DNA of 64,000 nt from Planctomycetota bacterium. Its GTDB lineage: Bacteria > Planctomycetota > B15-G4 > SIAN01. The DNA is taken from positions 140,058 to 204,057 of the forward strand of contig JANNXA010000022.1 of assembly GCA_031409275.1 (NCBI GenBank). Reading direction: 5' to 3'. Shown in pieces: positions 8,811-16,349 of the stretch. A program made the position numbers and the translations under genes. The number at the start of each line of letters is the position of its first letter. Within the stretch, counting starts at the first letter, position 1. The notes below the pieces were generated by a model, which saw nothing but the letters and a program-made list of their open reading frames with translations, did no database searches and had not been told where the DNA came from.

Positions 8811-9649
8811 GCGGGGGGCTCTCCGCCTGGCAGGTCCGTTGGAAGATCGCGCCCCATCGCCTCGAGTGGCTCTTGCGTCGATTGCCGCGCCAGCGCGCGA
8901 CGGAATCCGACGAACAGGCCGCGTAGCAGGCTGCAATCGGCGTGTTCGCCCCCACCGCGGTCGAACAGGTCGATGAAGCGACGCACGATCCGACCATGCA
9001 GGCCACCGTCGGCGCCGGGCGCGAGGCCGAAACGCGTCAAGGTGTCGGCGCAATCTGCCCGGAGCGCCGAGCGGTCCTCGGCCGTCGCGCTGCGAGCGCG
9101 TGCTCGCGTCGGCAGCGGCGCAAGCGACGTGGCGCGCGCCACCTCCCAAAGTGCGATCGTCGCGGCGTGCGAGAGGTTCATCACCGGATCGGCACCTGGC
9201 ACCGGAATCGTCACCAGTTCGTGTGCCAGGTCGACCTCTTCCGTCGTGAGCCCTTTGTCCTCGCGGCCGAAGAGCAGCGCGGGAGCGGCATCGCGATCGG
9301 CGGCGATCTGCTGCGCCGCCGCGGCAAGGTCGCGGCGCGGTTGACGGAAGCGGCCGACGCGAGCGCTGAACGCGAAGACACGGCCGCACGCGACGAGCGC
9401 GCTCGCGACATCGTCGTGACAGGTCACCTGATCGAGCAGCGCCGCCCCGTGGCAGGCGCGCGCGCGCGCGTCGGCGTTCAGCAGCTTCTCGCGGCGCGCC
9501 GGCGACGCGACGACGAGCCGCAACGAGCGCGCCCCGAAGTTCCACATCGAACGGGCGATCGCGCCGACGTTGCCTGGCTCGTTGGGCTCGACGAGCACCA
9601 GCGTGACATGGTCGAGCGGCAGCGCTGCCGGCGGCTCCGCACGTTCCAT
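8807..9649 (-). CDS. SpoU/TrmH-family RNA 2'-O-methyltransferase (TrmJ-like)
   Basis: Start MERAEPP (ATG 9649). SPOUT motifs LVLVEPNEPGNVGAIARS, LFGREDKGLTTEEV and VTIPVPGADPVMNLSHAATIALWE. Confidence 0.75.
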   Translation of the reverse strand: MERAEPPAALPLDHVTLVLVEPNEPGNVGAIARSMWNFGARSLRLVVASPARREKLLNADARARACHGAALLDQVTCHDDVASALVACGRVFAFSARVGRFRQPRRDLAAAAQQIAADRDAAPALLFGREDKGLTTEEVDLAHELVTIPVPGADPVMNLSHAATIALWEVARATSLAPLPTRARARSATAEDRSALRADCADTLTRFGLAPGADGGLHGRIVRRFIDLFDRGGGEHADCSLLRGLFVGFRRALARQSTQEPLEAMGRDLPTDLPGGEPPA

Positions 9650-9705
9650 CTCGTCTCGCTCTCCTGTCTGGCTCGTTCCGGCCGCAGCAACGCGGAGCAC
9701 GTTAG

Positions 9706-10665
9706 TCAACGCGCCGCCGCGGCGAGCGTGGCGGCGAGGTCGACGTGTGCCTCGCGCGGCCCTTCGCCGTGCCAGCCGGCGGTGAGTTCGAGCCAGAGGA
9801 CGAGCCCCTGCTGAGTCTGAAATGGCGCGTAGCGCCGCGCGATGGCGCGATCGCCAGGCGGCTTGCGACCGGGCGCGCCGAAGAGCTTCGCGAAGCGGGC
9901 GCGACACCACGAATCGAGCGCGAGGTCGTCGTGACGACCCAGCAGTCGCAGGGCTTGGCCGGCTGCGTAGGGACCGAAACCGTCGAGCGCCAGGAGCCGG
10001 TCGCGCACGGTGGCGGTCGGCAGCGCTGCCTCCTCGAAGTGGACGGCGTCGAGTTCCCCGGTCGCGAAGCGCTCCGCGAGCTTGCGGGCGCTCCGCTCGC
10101 GATAGCCGACCCGCACGACCTCGCGCCAGAACGCTCCATTGGCGCTGGCGCAGACGGTGGCGGAAGGGAAGGCGGCGCGGCCCGACGGCGCCCGCGTCCC
10201 GAGCGCTTCGACGAGTCGCTCCACCATCAACCGCGTTGCCGACCAGGAGCAGTTCGTCGTGAACAGCAGCTTCAGCAGGTCCTCGAACAACGTCGCGCTG
10301 GCGAGCAGACGGCCGCCGCCGCGTCGCGCCACCCACGCGAGGTGCGGCTCCTTCGCGCAGAGCGACCAGAGCTCGGAGTAGTCGTGGTCGAGCCGCAGGA
10401 TGCGTCGTACCGCTCTCCTCAGCGCGGCGCGAACGGGCTTCGCGCCCGCAGCGGCACGCGCGGCGCTTCCGGTCACGGTGAGAAGCTCGCCGCGCGCCGT
10501 CACCGCGACGTCGTGCGCCGGTCCGCCGGCGTCCACCACCGTCTCGAAGCGATCGCGGGTGGCGTCGAAGCGATGCGGCGCCAGGTCGATCCAGCCGTGG
10601 CCGAAGAGGACGAGCGGGAGTTCGAACGGGGTTCTGGTCGTGAGCGCGAGGCGAGTCCTGCTCAA
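9706..10665 (-). CDS. HhH-GPD superfamily DNA glycosylase (AlkA / 3-methyladenine or 8-oxoG glycosylase-like)
   Basis: Helix-hairpin-helix Gly/Pro-rich loop LLALDGFGPYAAGQALRLLG. AlkA/OGG-like middle domain (LRLDHDYSELWSLCAKEPHLAWVARRGGGRLLASATLFEDLLKLLFTTNCSW). The start is uncertain; TTG 10665 gives a TTGA overlap with the BNR gene stop. Confidence 0.7.
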   Translation of the reverse strand: MSRTRLALTTRTPFELPLVLFGHGWIDLAPHRFDATRDRFETVVDAGGPAHDVAVTARGELLTVTGSAARAAAGAKPVRAALRRAVRRILRLDHDYSELWSLCAKEPHLAWVARRGGGRLLASATLFEDLLKLLFTTNCSWSATRLMVERLVEALGTRAPSGRAAFPSATVCASANGAFWREVVRVGYRERSARKLAERFATGELDAVHFEEAALPTATVRDRLLALDGFGPYAAGQALRLLGRHDDLALDSWCRARFAKLFGAPGRKPPGDRAIARRYAPFQTQQGLVLWLELTAGWHGEGPREAHVDLAATLAAAAR

Positions 10666-11753
10666 ACGATGGCCGCTTTCACGCAGGTGATCGGCGGCAG
10701 GTTGGCGGCGACGCACTCGAACTCCTCGCCGCCGTCGCGTCCGCGCCACAACTGTCCCGTCGTCGTGCCGAACCACAGCGACGCGTTCTTGCCGTCGTCG
10801 ACATCCAGCGAATCGCGCAGCACCGTGAACCACGCCTCCTTCTTGGGCAGACCGCGGCGCTTGGGCGACCAGGAGTCGCCGCCGTCGTCACTGCGCCAGA
10901 CGGTCGGCTGCGCGCCAGGACAGGTGCGTGTGGCGGTTTCGAGTGGCACGACCCAGATCGTGTCGGGCGCATGCGGATGGACGGCGATCGGGAAACCGAA
11001 GTCGCTTGGCAACCCCTTGGCGATGCTCTGCCAGCTGCGGCCGCCGTCGTCGCTGCGCAGCACGCTCAGGTCCTGGCGGTCCTCGGCGCCACCGTGATTC
11101 TGCAGGTAGAGACGCTGCGGCCGGCTCGGGTGGACGGCGATCTTGTGGACGCACTGGCCGAACTCCGGGTCGCGCTTGGGCTGGAAGTGCGCGTCGATGC
11201 CGCGATTGTTCGGCTCGAAGGTCTGGCCGCGATCGCGACTGCAGTAGTGGCCGCCCGCGGAGACGGCGACGTGCATCGAATCGGCGAGCGGCAGGATGGT
11301 GTGCAGGATCAAGCCGCCGGCACCCGGGTGCCACTCCTTCGCGTGCGGATGGTCGTTCAGCGGCGCGACCGATTCGAAGCGCTTGCCGCCGTCCTCGCTG
11401 TGGAAGAGCGCGGCCGGCTCCACTCCGCACCACAGGTCGCGCTTGCCGCGACCCGCTGCGAGCGACCAGATGTTCTTCATGGTGCGACCGTCGTCGGCGG
11501 CGAAGGCCGGGACGCCGCCCGTCGGCTTGAAGCGCTTTCCAAGGTCGGTCGAGAGCTGCAGCGTGGTTCCGAACCAGGGCGACGAGGGCGCGACGTAGAC
11601 GCGCGGCGCCGCACGCCGATCGATCAGCGCCGCGTTCACTCCCAGACCGGGGAAGAACGGTCCGCGCACCACCATTCGTTTGCCGCGCGCGGGCCCTTCG
11701 AGCATGAAGGTGCCTTTGCGCGTTCCAACGACCACCAGTGCTTTCTCGGCCAT
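10662..11753 (-). CDS. BNR/Asp-box repeat beta-propeller protein (sialidase/Ycf48/sortilin-like)
   Basis: Five S-x-D-x-G-x-T/S-W/F Asp-box motifs (SEDGGKRF, SRDRGQTF, SDDGGRSW, SDDGGDSW, GRDGGEEF). ATG 11753 preceded by GGAGGT. Confidence 0.75.
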   Translation of the reverse strand: MAEKALVVVGTRKGTFMLEGPARGKRMVVRGPFFPGLGVNAALIDRRAAPRVYVAPSSPWFGTTLQLSTDLGKRFKPTGGVPAFAADDGRTMKNIWSLAAGRGKRDLWCGVEPAALFHSEDGGKRFESVAPLNDHPHAKEWHPGAGGLILHTILPLADSMHVAVSAGGHYCSRDRGQTFEPNNRGIDAHFQPKRDPEFGQCVHKIAVHPSRPQRLYLQNHGGAEDRQDLSVLRSDDGGRSWQSIAKGLPSDFGFPIAVHPHAPDTIWVVPLETATRTCPGAQPTVWRSDDGGDSWSPKRRGLPKKEAWFTVLRDSLDVDDGKNASLWFGTTTGQLWRGRDGGEEFECVAANLPPITCVKAAIV

Positions 11754-11757
11754 GGCT

Positions 11758-12045
11758 TCAACCTCCGGAGACCGCTGGAAGGATGGTGACCCGATCGCCG
11801 GCACGCAACCGCGCCGCGGGGCTGGCGCGCGGCCGGACGAGTTCGTCGTTCAAGAAGAGCGACAGGTGCGGTCGCAACGCCCCCTGCTCGTCGCACACCA
11901 TCCGGTACGCCTCGGGCCAGCGCTGCGCGAACGCCGCGAGCAGAGCGGTCACGTCCGCGGCGACGAGCGCGACGCTGGTGGCACCGCCGCAAGCGGCGCG
12001 CACCGCGGCCGGCAGAAGGAGTTCGACTTCGAAGGGCGGCGCCAT
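11758..12045 (-). CDS. MoaD/ThiS-family ubiquitin-like beta-grasp protein ending in Gly-Gly
   Basis: 95 aa. C-terminus LRAGDRVTILPAVSGG and internal LSLFLNDELV match the MoaD/ThiS/CysO pattern. Sits 4 nt upstream of the BNR gene. Confidence 0.55.
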   Translation of the reverse strand: MAPPFEVELLLPAAVRAACGGATSVALVAADVTALLAAFAQRWPEAYRMVCDEQGALRPHLSLFLNDELVRPRASPAARLRAGDRVTILPAVSGG

Positions 12046-12067
12046 CGTCGACGAGGCTCCGGTGCGA

Positions 12068-13375
12068 TCAAGTGCCAGGCGGGATGCGTTCGGGCGGCAG
12101 GAGCAGCCGCCCCTCGCTGCGCGCGATCACCAGCGCGCCGACCAGATCGCCGGTGACGTTGGGAACAGTGCGCGCCATGTCGACCAGCCGATCGACTCCG
12201 AGCACCAGCGCCAGCAGCGACGGGTCGATGCCGACCTGCTGCAGCACGGTGACGATCAGCGGCAACGATCCACCTGGTACTCCCGCCGCGCCCACCGCCG
12301 TCAGCACCGACAGGAGCACGACGAGGAGCTGAGTGGAGAGCGGCAGGTCGAGCCCCGCGACCTGCGCGAGGAAGAGCACGACCACTCCTTCGAAGAGCGC
12401 GGTGCCGTTCATGTTGAGCGTCGCGCCGAGCGGGATCACGAAGCCGGCGATGTCGCGCGGAACGCCGAACTCGTGCTCGGCGGTGGCCAGTGTCGTGGGC
12501 AGCGTCGCGTTCGATGAGGAGGTGGAGAACGCCGTCGCCATCAATCCGCGCGCGCGCCGGAAGAGGACGCCGGGTGGCACCTTGGCGAAGAGCCAGCACA
12601 GCCCGCCCAGCACGACGAACTGCTGGATCGCGAGGCCGCCCAACGCCACTGCGAGGTAGGCGGCGAGCGAATGGAGGATCGAGGCGCCAAAGAGCGCCGA
12701 CTTCTCGAAGACGAGGCCGGCCACGCCAAACGGCGCCAGCTCCATCGCCCAGCCGATGATCTTGGTCGACGCGGCCGCGACGGCGTCGAGCACCTGCAGC
12801 AGCGGCCGCTTCTGCGCCTCGGGCAGGGTCCCGGCCGCGAGCCCGAAGAGGAGCGCGAAGAAGATCAGCCCGAGCATGTCGCCGTCGGCGGCCGCCTTGA
12901 CCGGATTCTTCGGCACGATCGCCAGCAGCATGTCGACCGAGAAGCCGCCGCTGCCCTGCGCCAGCGCGATCTTCTTCTCCGCCTCGGCGCGCGATGCCGC
13001 GACCAGTTCGTCGCGCATCGCCGGCGCCACCGTGTCGCCGGGCCGGAACAGGTCGACGAGGCCGATGCCAAGCATCGCCGCGAACGCCGTGGTCAGCAGG
13101 AACCAACAGATCGTCTTGAAACCGATGCGGCCGACCTTCGAGCCACCGCCGAGCCCCGCGACCCCGAGCGCCAGCGACGTGAAGACGATCGGCACGACGA
13201 TCATGAAGAGCAGGCGCATGAACAGCTCGCCGAACTTCGCGGCGACGTGCGTCGCGAACCAGCGCAGCCGCTCGTGGTCGTGGCCCCAGATCGCGTTGCA
13301 GGCGATTCCGGCGCCCACCCCGATGACGAGGCCGAGGAAGATCCGAGTCGCGCCGCCTTTTCGGGCGCCGCTCAC
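12068..13375 (-). CDS. dicarboxylate/amino acid:cation symporter (DAACS; GltP/GltT-like glutamate/aspartate transporter)
   Basis: Multi-TM protein with DAACS hallmarks (SSSNATLPTT, GVPGGSLPLIVTVLQQVGI, NVTGDLVGALVIARSEG). GTG 13375 overlaps the upstream stop (GTGA). Confidence 0.85.
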   Translation of the reverse strand: MSGARKGGATRIFLGLVIGVGAGIACNAIWGHDHERLRWFATHVAAKFGELFMRLLFMIVVPIVFTSLALGVAGLGGGSKVGRIGFKTICWFLLTTAFAAMLGIGLVDLFRPGDTVAPAMRDELVAASRAEAEKKIALAQGSGGFSVDMLLAIVPKNPVKAAADGDMLGLIFFALLFGLAAGTLPEAQKRPLLQVLDAVAAASTKIIGWAMELAPFGVAGLVFEKSALFGASILHSLAAYLAVALGGLAIQQFVVLGGLCWLFAKVPPGVLFRRARGLMATAFSTSSSNATLPTTLATAEHEFGVPRDIAGFVIPLGATLNMNGTALFEGVVVLFLAQVAGLDLPLSTQLLVVLLSVLTAVGAAGVPGGSLPLIVTVLQQVGIDPSLLALVLGVDRLVDMARTVPNVTGDLVGALVIARSEGRLLLPPERIPPGT

Positions 13376-14808
13376 CGTCCTGCTCCACGGTCGTCGTTCA
13401 GCTGCGGGAAGAGGCTCGGCTCCTCCATGACCCGCTCGACGGCGTCGATCTCCTTGGGCAGCGCCGCGGTCATCACGATGCATCCCTCTTCAGTGACCAC
13501 GACGTCATCTTCGATGCGCACGCCGATCGAGTGGAAGCGCGCCTCCACGTTCGGCGACCCCGGCGCGATGTAGCAGCCCGGCTCGATCGTGAGCACCATG
13601 CCCGCCGCAAGGCGCACCTCGCCGCGTCCATCCTCGGCGCGATAGGGGCAGTCGTCATGGACATCGAGACCGAGCCAGTGGCTGACGCCATGCGGCAGCA
13701 GGGCGAGCCCATGGTCGCGCTCCTTCACCACTCCGCTCTGCACGAGCGCATCGCCGAGCGCGCGGCGCGCGGCTTGATCGATCGCGCGCAGCGTGGCACC
13801 CGGCTTCACTGCCGCGATCGCGGCCTTCTGCGAGTCGAGCACCGCCTGGTAGACGAGGCGCTGCTCGCGGCTGAAGCGGCCATCCGAGGGCAGCGTGCGC
13901 GTCACGTCCGCCGTGTACATGCCGAACTCGGCGCCGACGTCGATGACGATCGTGGCGCGCGGCGGGACCCGCTCGCGGTTGCTGTCGTAGTGCAGGATGC
14001 ACGAGTTGGCGCCGCTGCCGACGATGCTCGAGTAGCCGAGCCGGCGCGAGCCGAGCAGCGTGTGCGTCGCCTCGATCACCGCCTGCAATTCGTACTCGTA
14101 GATCCCCGGCTCGGCATGGCGCATCGCGTTCAGTTGCGCCGCCGTCGTGATGTCGATGGCGCGTTGCAGGAGGGCGAGTTCGGCGGGCGACTTGATCAGC
14201 CGCAGCCGACCGATCGCCTGGCGCAGTTCGCTGCGATCGACGGAGAGGCCGGCCGGCACCGCGGCGTCGAGCAGCGCGGAATGCTTGGGATCGCCCGATT
14301 CGGCGCTGAAGATGCGCTTGGTCGTGGCGAGTTCGCTCTTGAGCGCCGCCGCGAGCGTGGCGTTCGAACGCGCCTCGTCCGCGAGCGGAGCGGCGCCCTC
14401 GACGCCGAGTCGCTTGCCGTCCCACATCTCCGAACCGGGATCGCGTGGCGGCACGAACAGGGTCGCGTGCGGCTGCCCTTCGCGGGTGGTGAGCAGCAAC
14501 GCGGCGCCCGGCTCGCCGAATCCGGTGAGGTACCAGAAGTCGCTCGCGGGCCGATACGGGTGATCGACGTCGTTGTTGCGCGCTTCGACCGGTGCGGTGA
14601 AGAGGACCACGACCGCGTCGTCGCCGAGTCGCTCGAGCAGGGCGGCGCGGCGAGCCGCGAATTGATCGGGCTCGAGCTCCTCGACTCGCGCGGCCCGGAT
14701 CGCCTCGCCGCGAACGGCGCTCGCCGCCGGGAACGGCGCCGGCGCGAGCGCCAGCCAACCGGTCACGCAGAGCTCGATCGGCGTGGACCACGTGCTCATG
14801 AAGTTCAT
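13372..14808 (-). CDS. Xaa-Pro aminopeptidase (M24B, PepP-like)
   Basis: Creatinase/prolidase N-domain followed by the M24 pita-bread domain (VIDVGAEFGMYTADVTRT, HGVSHWLGLDVHD, LTIEPGCYI, IGVRIEDDVVVTEEG). ATG 14808 has a perfect AGGAG 7 nt upstream and an ATGA overlap with the decarboxylase stop. Confidence 0.85.
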   Translation of the reverse strand: MNFMSTWSTPIELCVTGWLALAPAPFPAASAVRGEAIRAARVEELEPDQFAARRAALLERLGDDAVVVLFTAPVEARNNDVDHPYRPASDFWYLTGFGEPGAALLLTTREGQPHATLFVPPRDPGSEMWDGKRLGVEGAAPLADEARSNATLAAALKSELATTKRIFSAESGDPKHSALLDAAVPAGLSVDRSELRQAIGRLRLIKSPAELALLQRAIDITTAAQLNAMRHAEPGIYEYELQAVIEATHTLLGSRRLGYSSIVGSGANSCILHYDSNRERVPPRATIVIDVGAEFGMYTADVTRTLPSDGRFSREQRLVYQAVLDSQKAAIAAVKPGATLRAIDQAARRALGDALVQSGVVKERDHGLALLPHGVSHWLGLDVHDDCPYRAEDGRGEVRLAAGMVLTIEPGCYIAPGSPNVEARFHSIGVRIEDDVVVTEEGCIVMTAALPKEIDAVERVMEEPSLFPQLNDDRGAGR

Positions 14809-16259
14809 GAAGGAACTCCTGCCGTCGAGCGCAGCAGCGCGGCGCACTCCTCGCGCAACTGCTCGACCGCTTCGTCGACTCGCTCGACATGGGTCCGGAA
14901 CGAAAGCACGCAGAGGCGCAGCGCGAAACGGCCGCGCAGCAGCGTGCCCGACAGGAAGACGCGCTGCCGCGCATTGACTCGTCGAAGCAGTTCACGCGAG
15001 AGTTCGTCCCCGGCGGCACCGGCCCGCGCGACGCGGAATGCGAAGAGGGAAAGGTCGCACCCGCTCGCGAGCTCGAGGCCGGGGATGGTCGCGATCGCGG
15101 CGGCCGCGCGCTCCGCGAGTTCGAGCTTCTCCGTGAGCGCGGCACGGAACGCGGCGGCGCCGAACGTCTTGAGCGACAGCCAGACGCGCAGGCCGCGGAA
15201 GTCGCGCGACAGCTCCGGCGAGGCATCGGTGAAATCCTGCAGCGCGTCGCCCTGCGCGGTCGGCGGCAGGTAGGCGCTCGCTTGCGCAAAGGGGCGGCGC
15301 AGGTCGGCGCCATCGCGGATCAGCACGGCACCCGTTCCGTACGGCAGGAAGAGTCCCTTGTGGGGATCGATGGTCAGCGAGTCGGCCCGCTCGATGCCGA
15401 CGAGGCGCGCGCGACCGCGCTCGCACAGCTGGAAGCAGCCGCCGTACGCGCCGTCGACGTGGAACCAGAGCCGTTCGCGCGCGGCGAGTTCCGCCAACGC
15501 CGGCAGCGGATCGACGGCGCCGGTGTGGACCGTGCCCGCGCTCGCGATCACGATCGCCGGCAACAGGCCCGCCGCCCGATCGGAAGCGATGGCGCGCGCC
15601 ACGGTGTCGGGGTCGAGGCGACCGTGCTCGTCCGCCGGCAACTCGCGCAGGTTCGCGTGGCGAAAGCCGACGACGTGCGCCGCTTTGTGGATCGAGTGGT
15701 GGGTCTGATCGGAGGTGTAGATCGTGGCGCGCGCGAGCCCCTCTTCGCCGACCGACTTGTCGCGCGCCGCGGCCAGCGCCACGAGGTTCGCCATCGAGCC
15801 GCCCGAGGTGAAGACGGCGCGCGCCGCCGGCGGGAAGCGGAACTCGTCGAGCAGCCAACGCAACGTCTGCACTTCGAGCGCCACCAGCAGCGGCGCTGCG
15901 GCGGCGATTCCGACGAAGCGATTGGTGAGGCCGGCGACGAGGTCCGCGAGCGGCGCCGTCGGCAGCCCGCCGCCCGGAATGAACGCCAGGTAGCCGGGCC
16001 CCGCCGTCGTGAACGACTTCGGCACCCAGTCGCGGATCAGCCGCTCGAGCAGCGCGCGCGGGTCGCTCCCCGCTTCGGGAATCGGCTCGGCAATCTCCGC
16101 CAGCTCGGCGGCGGTGGGTGCCGGCCCGTGAGCCGGTTGCGTCGGCAGCTCGGCGACGTGGGTCAGCGCGAGGTCGACGGCCGCATGGAACCAAGCCGCG
16201 ACCAGCTCGTGCGGCGGTTCGAGCGGCGACAGGGAACTGGCGGCGCGCGCGGCAGTCAT
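14805..16259 (-). CDS. PLP-dependent group II amino-acid decarboxylase (aromatic-L-amino-acid/DABA/glutamate decarboxylase family)
   Basis: Start MTAARAASS (ATG 16259). Pyridoxal-binding motif SLTIDPHKGLFLPYGTGAVLIRD plus TSGGSMANLVALAAAR. The remainder of the 1452-aa ORF-track entry is Arg-rich artefact. Confidence 0.85.
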   Translation of the reverse strand: MTAARAASSLSPLEPPHELVAAWFHAAVDLALTHVAELPTQPAHGPAPTAAELAEIAEPIPEAGSDPRALLERLIRDWVPKSFTTAGPGYLAFIPGGGLPTAPLADLVAGLTNRFVGIAAAAPLLVALEVQTLRWLLDEFRFPPAARAVFTSGGSMANLVALAAARDKSVGEEGLARATIYTSDQTHHSIHKAAHVVGFRHANLRELPADEHGRLDPDTVARAIASDRAAGLLPAIVIASAGTVHTGAVDPLPALAELAARERLWFHVDGAYGGCFQLCERGRARLVGIERADSLTIDPHKGLFLPYGTGAVLIRDGADLRRPFAQASAYLPPTAQGDALQDFTDASPELSRDFRGLRVWLSLKTFGAAAFRAALTEKLELAERAAAAIATIPGLELASGCDLSLFAFRVARAGAAGDELSRELLRRVNARQRVFLSGTLLRGRFALRLCVLSFRTHVERVDEAVEQLREECAALLRSTAGVPS

Positions 16260-16349
16260 CGCGGCAGCGTAGCCGCGTCGAAGCCCTTTGCTACCGTGCC
16301 GCGCCGACTGCGATTCGATGCGCGGCGCGGTGCCGATGCGTGACCGTGC
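16260..16349. promoter_or_regulatory. divergent intergenic promoter region between the decarboxylase-led minus-strand cluster and the DPP-IV gene
   Basis: An about 90-nt non-coding gap between two divergently oriented starts (ATG 16259 on minus, 16350 on plus). This is the only sizeable gap upstream of the 15-gene cluster. Confidence 0.4.

Noticed and set aside
8811-9545. N-terminal 245-codon extension of the glycosyltransferase ORF (track entry 7764..9545)
   Set aside because: Arg-rich, overlaps the SpoU methyltransferase coding frame. The GT4 domain begins exactly at GTG 8810 with an RBS-like GGAGAG, so the extension is not translated.
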